From the NCBI GenBank assembly GCA_028534125.1, contig CM052816.1, positions 90,584,001 to 90,648,000 of the forward strand: 64,000 bases of DNA. The letters are read 5' to 3'. The notes beneath the pieces are model-generated. The model was not told the DNA's origin. It was given only the letters and a program-made list of their open reading frames with translations, and searched no databases. The translations under genes were made by a program, and so were the position numbers. The DNA is from Lama glama (taxonomy: Eukaryota). Of this stretch, positions 24,183 through 36,232 are shown piece after piece. The number at the start of each line of letters is the position of its first letter. The first letter of the stretch is position 1.

Positions 24183-24838
24183 CAGGGGTCAGTGAACTAG
24201 GCCACCTGCTTGTTTTTTTAAAAATAAAGCTTGATTGGCACACAGTCACGCCCTTCAACGCTGCAAAAGCTTTGGGTAGTTGTGACGGAAATTGTAGGGC
24301 TGGCAAAGTCTTGTGAACGAAAAATGTTGCAAACCATATCAGTAAACAAAGAATGCTAAAACCATCAAGTCATCAGCGGCTGCCCCACACCCCAGGGAAG
24401 ACAAGCCTGCAGCTCTGCCTCTGCAGCCACTCACAATGGTGCACCCCGAGGGGACTCAGGGTAAGAAAGGACAGGACACTGGCCCTAGATAGCTAGGTGC
24501 TTGTCGAAGGAATGAATTCAATGAGCCCAAATGTTTGCTTCCTCCCGTACATAGAAAAGCACTAAATTCTTTAACTTGAGATGCCTGGTTTTCTTTAGAC
24601 AACAAGGAATCTTTTATTGTTCCAACTACCTGATCTTTGTTGTAAAGCTCCTATATATCTTAGTTCCTCCCCTACCTCTTGGGAGCAGTCCCTCAGAGCG
24701 ATCTGAGAGGCTGTCATCCCAGCTTGAGTCCTCTCACCAAATACATTAACTCTCAACTTTTAGGCTGCGCATTTATTTCAGTCAACAGTCTAAAATATTT
24801 ACTACCTGGTCCTTTAAGAAAAAGTTTGCTGACCCCAG
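24183..24838 (+). mobile_element. MER58A-like hAT/Charlie MITE, interrupted by a solo LTR
   Basis: Termini caggggtcag...ctgacccc, tctagag on both flanks. The halves rejoin as gcaaagtct-aaaatatttactacctggtcc, matching the recalled MER58A consensus. Confidence 0.85.
24312..24787 (+). mobile_element. Solo ERV LTR (ERV1-like), 476 bp
   Basis: TG...CA termini, 4-bp TSD GTCT (24308-24311, 24788-24791), TATA-like ctatatat near 24651. Confidence 0.85.
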
Positions 24839-25293
24839 TCTAGAGTCTTGGATGAACATACTTAACCAGTGACTCGGTTCTAATCAGATGAGAGTGTGAT
24901 TCAAGCTTAAAAGATGCTGCAAAGATTAATCAGGCCCTTTTCGGTATTATCAGTAAAGAAGAATGTCACATGGGAATGTTTTAAGATTGGGAAACAAGAT
25001 AGCTTTTTTTTTTAAACCTCTTATCACTTATTCTCTGTATTCCGACTGCCCAAGAGCAAAGAGACTTAGGTTCTGTATCAACCCAGCACTTCCAGGTCAA
25101 AAACTCTGGACAAGCCAGTCTCAGGAAGTTTGGTGCCACAGCACAAAAGCCAGACCAGAACCAAAACACCTGCTTGGGTGCTAAGCCAGAGCTCCACTCC
25201 TTTCTGCTGCACGGCAAAGAGTGAGTTTCCCATCCTCTGTGAGCCTGTTTTTTCACAAGCATAAAATGGGGATACTACCCACTTTATGAGAAA

Positions 25294-25546
25294 CTAACTA
25301 TATAAAATAGATAAACAGCAAGGTCCTACTGTATAGACCAGGGAACTATATTCAATATCTTGTAATAGCCTATAATGAAAAAGAATCTGAAAAGGAATAG
25401 AAATATATATGAACATTTATATTTATATATATATTTAAATATTAAATTATTATATATATATATATGAATCACTATGCTGTACACCAGAAACTAACACAAC
25501 ATTGTAAACCGACTACACATCAATAAAAAAATAAAATAAAATTTTT
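25294..25546 (+). mobile_element. LINE-1 3' end inserted into a MIR
   Basis: ctactgtatag..cagggaactatattcaatatcttg...gctgtacaccagaaactaacacaacattgtaaac, A-rich tail, flanked by a long duplication. Confidence 0.88.
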
Positions 25547-27465
25547 AATAGGGATAATATCCAATTTATGAGAAAAGATTTATTTGTAACAATTAAAACA
25601 GACAACAAAGACTTCAACACGCCTCTTGAGCAGAGGACATGGCCTTGTGACACCCTTCCGATGATATCCGGCCTGGCCTTCTCTGAAGTTCAAATGCACA
25701 TCATTGGGACACTGCCATAATATCAAACAATGGAGAAAGGGAAACGGAAGAAAACACAGCTTCTGCTTTCCTTTCATTTTCCCCGACCTATCTTTCTCAT
25801 CTTCCAGCCTCCACCTAAGTTCCTCTCCTGTCCACGACTTCCTTCAAAGGTCCATGGGGACCTTTGCACCTCATCAATTAGGCCTCGCTCTACCTGGGAG
25901 ATCCACCCACTTGCACGGTTTCAAGAGCTTTCTGGGATGCTGAGGATCCCAAGTGCCTACAGCTCACTGTCACTTCCTGAGTGTCACAGCCATGCACACA
26001 GAGTGTACCATTGACCCAATATGGATATCCCTTGGGGATTTCAAACTCAAGCTCTCCCCAGGTGAGCTCACTGCTACCTTTCCCACCTACCTGAGCCTAC
26101 TCCTTTTCCTGCATTCCCATTCATGAGACTAGAACCACCATTGCCCCTCATTGCCTGGGCAGATACACATGGGTCTTTGTGGACCAGCCTGCACCACCAC
26201 CACCACCATTCTCACATACAATTGCTTAAAAACTGTTCATAATTCCACAGCCAAGTTCTGGCAAACAAAATATGACCTGAAGTGTTGTAAATTCTTCTAA
26301 AGAAAGACAGCTTGGCGCTCCAGCTGCCATTTTTAATCACGAGCACAGAAAGACACCACTGAACCACCACATCAGCGCGGGAGGGGGCCCATCTCTGGAA
26401 CTTTGTGTAAGAGGCAATTAATTCACTTCCCTCTCATTTAAGCCATTATAACTTTGGATTTTCTGTCCTATCTATGCAGCAAAACCTAATACTAACAGAG
26501 AGTAGATTTCTCAAAATCATTTTAGGCACCAAAAATTCAGGGTAAAATAAAATGTCTCAACACATGGGGCAATAAAGCATTCACGTGACTTCCTCCCACC
26601 ATGACGATTTCTTAACGTTTTATCGTCAAGCAGAACGTATATCAAATTGAAAAAAAGAGGTGTACTTCAATACAGATGGGCCAAACAACACTAGCAGCAG
26701 TGAGTCTCAGCAAGAAGCAAAAAAGCAAACAGGAACCCTAGGAACACACCTGAATGAGAAGCCCTAAAGATGGTCAAGAAAAAGGTTGTGGGTGAAAGAA
26801 AAGAAATTAATGAGGCAGGGAGAAGCAAAGCAAAGACAGAAGTGTCAGTATGGAAGAAGCACCATCTATACAAAACATGACAGAATATAAACAGAAGTTA
26901 AAAAAAGGCAAAGAGTAACTTTAAGTAGAGTTCAAAACCTGTGTACTGGGACACCACCTTAGCATTGACTGAACAGGACAGAGAGGGTCTCTGGGAACTA
27001 GTTGCTGAATTTGGCTTTTCAAAGTCCACATCAGTTTTCATCCCATCCATCTAGACTTTCGCTGGTCCCCAGCTCAGGAGGGAACTACCATGTCCAAGGG
27101 CCTGGACACTGCAACTCAAGGGTATGGATGACAGCTCTGACTCGTTGCTACAGGCCTGCACAAGACAGGAGTAGACGGCTTCTCACCTGTCACCAAATTT
27201 TCTTCCAGGTGAAGAACAAAAGGCTTCAGGAAGACTGACTGGTACCGCACCCCACGAGGCCAGACCCACCCACCGAGAGGGGAAGCGACGCAGGCCAGCC
27301 ACAGGGATGGTTCCTGCGTCAGGCCCCGCTGCAGGCACAGGGCGAGGGTGTCTGAGCTCCCAAGGGCCCTGGAAAGTCTGAAAACGTGAGCTCTCAAAGA
27401 AATAAAATACAGCCTCCAAAATATAAAAAGGAGACCTCCAGATTTTAACCAGTAAGTGTTTGTGT

Positions 27466-27775
27466 TGCTGTGGACTGAGTAGTAGCTCCCCCCTTACCCC
27501 CCACCAAAATTCACACGTTGAAACCTAACCCGCAACGAGCTCGTGTCTGGAGGCGGGGTCTTTTCAAGGTGTTGAGTCAAAGAGGCAAAGCCCTGGTGAA
27601 TGGGATTAGTGCTCTTATAAAACCGACCTTGAAGGAGTTACTTGCCCCTTCCAGACACCGGATCTGCTGGTGCTTTGAGCCTGGACTTTCTGGCCTCCAA
27701 AGCTAAGTGAAATTAATATTTACTGTTTAAGTCACTCTATGGTATTTATGACAGCAGCCCAAGTGGACTAGGACA
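27466..27775 (+). mobile_element. MaLR LTR (MLT1A-like)
   Basis: tgctgtggactga...aaaattcacacgttgaaacctaa...gggattagtgctcttataaaa...gcagcccaagtggactaggaca. Confidence 0.82.
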
Positions 27776-30700
27776 AATGTGTCTACAGTAATAGTATGCC
27801 AGTGAGCTGCTACAGTTCAACACAGAGATGTATAGTTATGCAAATTATACTTAATTTGGGATGCAAGTGTTTTAACGTTGACTATGATGTGGAGTAAGAG
27901 AGTCTAGAACTTGTGGAATGATGGTATGAGACTAGAAAAAGGGAATCAAGGAGGCCTAAAAAGGTCAACAAGACATAAAAGTGCTTTAAAAGCTACTCAA
28001 GAAGCACAATTGCAATGTGGCATGTATTTATAGCAAGGTCTGATGGTGCTGGTTATCCGGTGCCCTCCTGTTTGATGTGGGCCCCATGGTCATGTTTGTT
28101 TGAGGGCGCCACGCTGGACTACGGGCTGGGAGCTACGGACATCTCGCAGGCAAGACATTGCACCTTCCTTCTGAGATGGAAAGAACACTTCCATGACTGA
28201 ACTTGGTTTTGTTAATCCTCTAGTTCATGCAATGAGAACGCTCAATCTTAGAATAAACACCTAGGGGGCGGGGGCAGGGGAAAAACAAAAAAGAATAAAC
28301 ATTGAATAAAGTAATGAACTCTGTCGAACTCTGCAGACATAACCTCCCATTGAAATTTACGCAACGTCGTCAACTGTAGAATCCGTGCCACGTGTGCACT
28401 GACGTTTGGCAATAAATTTTAGTGACAAAATCCTTATCCAGCACCATAACATATGATGGGGGAAAAAAAACCCCTTCTATTTATACGATGCAATTGTTTT
28501 CAAATCAGATCAACAGATTGAAGTCACAGCAGAGGCTGCTGATACACACATTTATTGGTCACTTTCTCCAGGTAATAGACACTGGTTGTGAACGTGGTCT
28601 TTTCATAGTTTACAAACAACAGCTAAATTTAAGTGTGTGCCAGAGAGACTGTTGCATTTATAGCTGAAGTGAGAATTCTAACAGTATGACTGCAGGCAAC
28701 CATCTAAAATATATTTACTAGAATACTGACTAGCATGAAACCATCTGTTCCCCATCCCAGATCTGGAATATTTAAATGTTTCAACTGCAGTAATCATAAG
28801 TAACTGAGAACAAGACAGAAACCTCATGACCCTGGGGCTCCCGGCCAGTCTATGCCTAAGACAGCTTCGTGGTGTCCCAGATGCAAAGGGGGTCACAATT
28901 TCTCTGCTCACTGATGTCTTTCTTCCAGGAAGCAGTGGGGCACTGCTCAAGAGACCACAAAAATGCTAACTATTTTCCAAATCCTCTGCAATACACTTAT
29001 CCCCTGATTCTCATTAACAAGAACTCGACCGATTCTTTTAAGTTAAATCTAGGACATGTGAAGTCCCATTATTCAGCCGCACTCATGAGCTTCATTCCTG
29101 CCACTGTCTTATATGCCAAAAGGGACACAATTTCAGTCACATTGCTTAAATCTGACTGAGGGGTGATTCCATCAAAGGCAGACTTAAGTGCCCGCCCAGG
29201 AACTTTCGGGCCACATCAAAGTTGATTCCCAACCACGGGTACCTTTTGAAGAAGCGGCATCCGGGAGACAGTTTCAGCTTTGGCGAATGGGTCTCAAAAG
29301 CCTGACAGTAGAGGAACACACCCCGCTGGGCGGTCTGATTTTCAACTGATTTCTCCCCTAGCTGAAGGAAGACACAGTAACACGGTTTTCGATCCTCTGA
29401 ACCAAACAAAAACATCACAATAACATCGTTACACGGATGAAGTCAGGATCCACATCCTTTAGTGAGCCCTTGGAGCACTTTTCCGCGCAGAGGGTCCCTG
29501 GACCAAAGCCCTCTCAGATGGCCAGTCCTCTGTATGCTCAGAATCTTAACGCAAGTTAAGAATCAAACATTCAGAAATCCAGATGACTTTTAAAAGATGA
29601 TACAAAATGACCGATGGAAGACAGGGCAATTCTCAGCGTTCACGGCCAGAGTTCAAACCCCCAGAGGCTCAGAGGTAGAAAAATGAGATTTTGAAAAAGA
29701 CCCCTCCTGCAGATGTTGCCAAGTTACAAACACCCGTATGAGCTCGTATCTAGTTACAGAGCTGTGAGCTGACACAAAGCACAGCATCATTTCTCTAATA
29801 ATTTGTGTCTAACAAAGTTCTGATTGAACAGCAATCACTGAAATAATAACCGGGGCCCAATTCTCTGTCTAAAATTCCCCTCTCAGGTTTATTAGTTTAG
29901 CCCCTGACACATGAGGGAATGTATAACGTATATATTCTTCTCAAGAGGATATATATTGGATATATTTAATATAGAGATTCTCACTGAATAGAAAGTTATC
30001 TTCCAATATTTGAGAACGTAAAATACCAAGCAGAAATCTCCCATTCGGTGTTAGTTTACAGTATAAGGATATAATTGCAAGGAATTAACTTTACCTGATT
30101 TCCCACAGCACCCAGCACGTATTGCCCTGGAGAAACGGTGCCTGCTAAACACATTGGCAAGAGCTCCGGTGTTTTGTCTGGCGCCGGCAGTGTTGGTAAC
30201 TAGACATTGAAGACGTACAAGGTGCGGATGCTGAAGACCCAGCCGTGGACGAGACAGACCTGGGCTGGCAGCAGAGAGCTTACCCGGTCCACGCACAAAT
30301 AAGACAAATCCCCCAACAAAAGAATCACTACATGTCAAAAATGCTGTAAGATTAGGGCAGGGAGGGAGAGGACAGTAACTATCACCCCTTCTGGAGGAAT
30401 TATTCCAGTGCCTGGAGAAGCCTTCTCATAACAGGAGGGAGACATCATTCGCGTCCAGTAAGGCACAAACTAGCTGAAGCTAAGAAGGTTGAAGGTTGGA
30501 GGAACTGATCCAAGTCAATATAGGAATGAACAAGGCATGGAGCAAAGGTTTAAGTCCAGATCGGTCTATCACAGTTCTGTTTCACCATCTATCGCCTGAG
30601 CCTGGTGGAGGCAGTATGCTACGGGTGTTCCAGAATGTTCATTTTCCCTTTACACACATGATACACTCTTAGACTCAGACTTTAAGAAAAGGGAAAACTC

Positions 30701-31044
30701 CTGGGGATGGAAGGACTTACAAAAATGTCATTTTATAAGCACAAGTTCACTTATTTAAAGAGATGCCCTCCCCCCTCCACAACAATTCCTTTTAGAAGGG
30801 AAAAGATACTTTTTTCTTAAAACTGAGTTGATTTTTTCTAAACTTCCACTCTGTTAGAAGATTAGTAAGTTGAGCAAATATGCAGGACTATAAATAATGT
30901 TAATTTTTGTTGCTGTTTAAAGATTTTAAAACATATTATCAGTAGTCATAATGGCATAAAAATGCACTTACACTCAAACCCCCTTAAATTAAATGAGAAG
31001 GCCTGACTTGAACATTGATTAAGAGACAAAGTTATGATCCAGTC

Positions 31045-31307
31045 ATGGTGGATGCATGTCATTATACATCAGTACAAACCCACGGAATGTACAACACAAA
31101 GTGTGAACCCTAACGTCAGCTCTGGACTTCGGGTGATGACGGTGTGTCAGGAAGGTTCACCAGCTGTAACACATGTACCATGCTGCTGGGGGTTGCTGAT
31201 AATGCGGGGAAGCTCTGCATGTATCCGGGCAGGGCATACATGGGAAATCTCTGTGCCTTCCGCTCCATTTTGCTGTGCACCTAAAACTACTCTGAAAAGT
31301 ATTAAAA
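31045..31307 (+). mobile_element. Old L1M (L1MC-like) 3' end
   Basis: gtgaaccctaa...atgggaaatctctgtgccttccgctccattttgctgtgcacctaaaactactct resembles the recalled L1MC 3' consensus. Confidence 0.78.
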
Positions 31308-32912
31308 CAGAAAGGGAGAGAGGGAGGGAGAGATGAACCCACAGGATCATTCTTACCACCGTTTGTTGCTGACAGGGGTGCACGCTAAACTTCCACTTCT
31401 TCTTGCTTTTTTATTAACTGAGTCAACAAAATTTAAAAAAAAAAAAAGGAACTGCAAATTCACTGTGGCTGACAGTAACTGTCAAAACTACGGAGGGTGC
31501 ATGAAGCATGCCTTCTTACTCTGGGGACAAGCACAAGAAAACAGCACCTTACTGAGATTTTGCTCTTTCCTCGGCCACTCCAGAAAGGATACAGAATTTC
31601 GAGGGGACGGGGTGCTTTCTCTCTGGGATAACTGCTTCCCCTTAAATGCAGCACACCTCATAGTTTATGGAGGGACCACAGTCCAGTTCAATATTTCAGT
31701 TGAGTCCCCTGATTTAATTTTTAAGCTTAAGTTTGAGTCTCAGAAAATCCCAAGTTGGCAAGCTGGCTCCGTGTACTGGTTTTGCAGCTTTGACCCCAAA
31801 TCCTCAAGATCCTGGTCACTCAGGGGGGTCTGGAGTCTCAATTTTGTTTTGGTGAATTGACCCACAGGCCGCATTCCCACCCAGTCACCGCTGTGCACAC
31901 GGGCTCCACTCCAGCTCCGGAACAGACCCATGACAGCTTTGGAAACTTGTTCATTTCCAACAAACGCAGCTGATGGGTGGCACTGACTTAAAGAAGTTGA
32001 AGAGAAATTACCCAAACAGAAAGGAACAAACTAAGCTCTCCTATTGACCAGGATGCTTCTGGCAAGATAAGAGCAGGGAAATGTGGACCAAGAACAGCTG
32101 GTCACACTGGCTACGTGACCTGTTCCTTGTATCTCTGCGTCTCAATCTCCTCATTCGTACAATGGGATGACAAGTCACCAGGTTGCCACATCTTAAAATG
32201 TCAGTCTTTGTAAAGTTGGGAGCACTGCCAGGGTTCAGTAGATGAAAAGGTTTTATTTTGTAATAATATAATTTTAAAAGATTACAAAGTGTTGTGAAAT
32301 GCCATTTAAAAAAAAAACAACACCTTCACATAGTTTTGCTGTCCCTGTCATGATGGTTTTATGTTATCAACTTGGAATCAAAATCACCACAGCCCAGGCT
32401 TTTTATTTGGTAGACTCTTTGAAATGGCATCTTTCTTAACTGTTCCAAACACAGGACTACAGAGTGAAAAGGAAAAAACCACCACCACCACACCACTGAG
32501 TGACTTTTCCAGACTCCACCAGCACCAGCACGGCGCTTACAGCGAAGAGGACTTTGCAGACTCAAGGTGGTGGGGGAGGGGAAATCCAAACTGGAGGAGT
32601 TTTGCCACACTAAGTGAAGCCTCTGTTTTCAACCATAAGAACTTAACAAATGAAAATAAGCCACGTGCGTCTAAATTCCTCACTGAGTCCAAACTCGATC
32701 AGCCTTGCTTTGCAAGGTCCTGGAAGGAAAGTAACAGAAGTTGTAATTAAGACTGTCTCAAACACGCCCTTCAGGACGCTGAGACCTAGATCCCACGGTG
32801 AGTGGCGGAGAGGCAGCGATCATCACCAAACATATGGCCTCCGGCTACACGGACTAACAGTGATCTACCTTATTTGGACCCTGGGTTTGACAACTTCACA
32901 AATGGTTTTCCT

Positions 32913-33062
32913 GGTGGGAAGCGCGTAGCTCAGTGGTAGAGTGTGTGCTTAGCATGCAGGGGGTTCTACAGTGCCTCCATTAAAAGTAAGTAAATAAATC
33001 TGATTACCTCCCCCCAACCAAAGAAAAAAAATTTTTTAAATAAACGACACCTTAAAAAAAAA
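32913..33062 (+). mobile_element. tRNA-Ala-derived SINE with a partly deleted B box
   Basis: gtagctcagtggtagagtgtgtgcttagcatgc head; taaataaatctgattacctcccccc tail. Confidence 0.85.
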
Positions 33063-34909
33063 AAGGTTTACCAAGAAAAACCAAAGTAGGTGAGGGAATT
33101 TTTCATATATGCCCTATCTTCTTTCAAGAGCTAAAGCAGTGTGTAATATTAAGTCAAGTGCTGACTGATTATCCAGGTAGGAATAAGAAGTTGTGTGGCT
33201 TTATTCCCCGACCCCTTCATACATTCTATTGGCTCAAGCCAGCTCCATTGGTTTCTTATTTGGCTGAAATGCGTTAGCACTAAAGCCATCCCCCTTTTCC
33301 AGACATTTATCAGAAAGCTGGGCAGTCTTTATCCGAGTGGAAATGCACTTAACAATTACCAAAGATAACCGAAGTGGAATAGAAGGTTGGTGATTAATAG
33401 CTTACACTCAAAAATGAGTTTACATTCCACAGATTCTTGGAAAAGTCATTGTCGTATCAATATTTAAATACAGTTCCTAATGAGTCATATTTAAAGTGTC
33501 AGATCTTTTGTGCCACACTTCAGATGTTTATCAGAAATTAGGAATAGTTCACGGTGATGGAGCATAGTATGACAAATTGGAGATGGCACGAGGCAGGAAG
33601 AAGAGACAGCAAGAGATGGAGAAGGAAAGGTGGGTCAAGTTCAGGGGTGAAATGGCTGTGGCTACACTTCAGTACGTTCGGTTGAGACCACTAGGGGGCC
33701 TCTAAGCATTTTTATTCCTGGATGTCATGGATTCCATAGAAACCCTTGACCACAGGGTATCAAATGCTCAACAAAAAATATTAAAGGTTTCTACACACTG
33801 TTCTGAAGGTTGCCATTAGCCTCCATTAACACCTAACTACATGTTTCATCCAATAAACATCAAATTACTCCCAAGGATAAACATCAGGAGGTGTTAGTTG
33901 AAAGAGAGAAAGGACGCCCCAGCTTCTTCAGTTCCTTTGAAGTCTTATTTTGCTCGCAATAAAAACTCGGAGAGCCAGCCAGGTAAACTGAGTTGGTTGG
34001 AACCAGTGACCAGTCTTCCAGTACAATAAGACTGAGACGTTGAGCAGAACCAAACGCATCTGGAATGATTTTAAGGAGAAGCGAAGTCCACTGCTATTCT
34101 GAAAAGACAGAGTAATTCGAATAGAGACTAGCAAGGCACCTAGACAAGGGAATGGGTATAGCGCGCAAACATGTTTCGAGTCGTGAAGCAAATAAAGAGT
34201 TAGTAGAAGCATCAAACTGCTCAGACCCGCCCACGACTGCGAACTGGGAAAAGACAGGACTCCCCCAAATGAGCATCCATATTAAAGAGCCTCTTGACAC
34301 ACGTGTTACGTTCTGTACTAGTTTGGTGACGCTGCAAGTGCTCTGACTTTGGAAAGCAGCGTCAGGGGACACCTAGGAAGGGCCAGACTATAGAAGCCTT
34401 GCAGCAGCATCTCATTTCTGGATGTCTACACCTGTATTACCTGCAAGTTCAACCCCAGATTCAGGCAGTTTCCCTTCTTCCAAATGAAAATTATCCAAGT
34501 CACTAATGTTAAGAACCCGACTTTTGGTTTGTGTTTTAAGTCAGAAAAGAATTCCAGACGAGCAAGGAGGGTTCTTTGCTTCCTTATCAGAGAGACTTAT
34601 CAGCCTTCCTTACGACACCTCCAGGAAGAATTCCTGGTTGTTTACTGCAAGGTGGGCTGGAACATTCCATGAACAAGCTTTCAAAGGTATACAGAAAAAA
34701 TTCTAGCTTTTGAAAATTTCAGAGGGAATTACCCAATACCGTTTTCGCCATGAATTGATTCATTTATTAATTACATCAAGGCTGAAGAATTGTTTAAGAT
34801 GGAACTAATTAAAAGTGTGCATCACTCGCCACCTACTCACCTATTAGATATTAGGGTCTCTGAAGATTTTATATAAATCTTTAACTCCTACTATTAAATT
34901 ATTTGTTTT

Positions 34910-34998
34910 GGCGGGGTATAGTTCAGTGGTAGAGTGCACGCTTAGCACGTATGAAGTCCTGGGTTCAATCTCCAGTACCTCCATTAAAAAATATATAT
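34910..34998 (+). mobile_element. Short tRNA-Ala(AGC)-derived retrocopy / short SINE form
   Basis: About 72-nt tRNA-like body ending cctcca, then an A/AT tail; lacks the family 3' extension. Confidence 0.8.
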
Positions 34999-36134
34999 AT
35001 TTGGTTTTTGTAAACAATGACATGAAACCAAACTCTTAGGACATGAACTCAGAATCGATTCAGTAGCCATTTAACTACTTAGGAAAGACCATCAACAGAG
35101 AATGAAGAATTCCCACTGATCAGCCGGGAAACTAGCTCTCAGAATGATTTGCCCAAGAGACCCACAATGTAGCACTGGTTTAAATTCATGTAACAATCAA
35201 TTTTAAAACTGTAAAAAATAATCATTTTTTGCTCTTCTCCCCCAAAGTAGAATAATCTCCAAGATCAATACATTGATTTACATTGAGCAATTATTCTGGG
35301 TCAATTACTGCCTTAAATTCTAGGAGAACAACAGTCAAGCAAGACAGGTTTTCTGGTCCAAGGAGTTTTCCTGTGAGGGTGAGAAATAACCATCTGTCAA
35401 TCAGCCAATACAGATGGCAGGGAGTACAAATCAGACTAGAAGGTGAAGGCTAGAGGAATGGTGAGAGATTGGTTACCAACCTTGCCCTAAATTCAATGAA
35501 GGATTTTTTTTTAAATATGTATGTATCATATTCAAGAATCCCTGTACGCTATTTATAATTGAGGAGTCAAGAGAAACCAGCACTTTAGGGCAAAAAAAAC
35601 TAGACACATAAGGAAATATAATTCCTATGACAAAACATTAACAGAAAAATGATCTGTTATCAACTTTAGCACTGCAGATGTACCCAACCCAAGAAGAAAC
35701 TGGAATGAGCATTTCCCAAGCACATATTATCAAAAATAAAATGTTTTCTTTGTCTAGAGACACTCCTTAGTCACAGGCCATGTGCAATTCAGAGTCCCTT
35801 CCACACACCTCCCATTGTGTGCCTGGAGATTACATCTCTAAACAAAAGACAAGCACCTTTCATTCCTGGATTCAGGGAGTAATGTCCCTAGAATAAAGAT
35901 CTGAAGGCTCCTGCAAACGACTGGGTGCTTTTCTTAGACTCTAGAAGATGAGAACAGAAATCCTTCCCCCTGTTTCTCAAGCTGAGCAGCCTGTCTCCCA
36001 GCAGTTAGGCTGGCAGGGAGGAGCCGCAGCTGGGGGCGCTTCTCCACGGCGTCATCCTTCGGTTACTCTAAGGAAGCAGCTCTGCTCAAGATCTAAAGCA
36101 TATTCTTACTGTGTTTTAGGAACTAACTATTCTT

Positions 36135-36232
36135 ATATATGTTCATGTATAACTGAAAAATTGTGCTCTACACTGGAACTTGACACAACATTGTAAAATG
36201 ATTATAAATCAATAAAAAATGTAAAAAAAAAA
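36135..36232 (+). mobile_element. Very short LINE-1 3' end with A tail
   Basis: tgtgctctacactggaacttgacacaacattgtaaaatgattataaatcaataaaaaa matches the ends of the other L1 copies in this window. Confidence 0.82.

Noticed and set aside
31333..31860. 175-aa ORF, and the other 60-150 aa intronic ORFs
   Set aside because: No recognisable homology, coding bias or exon structure; consistent with random ORFs
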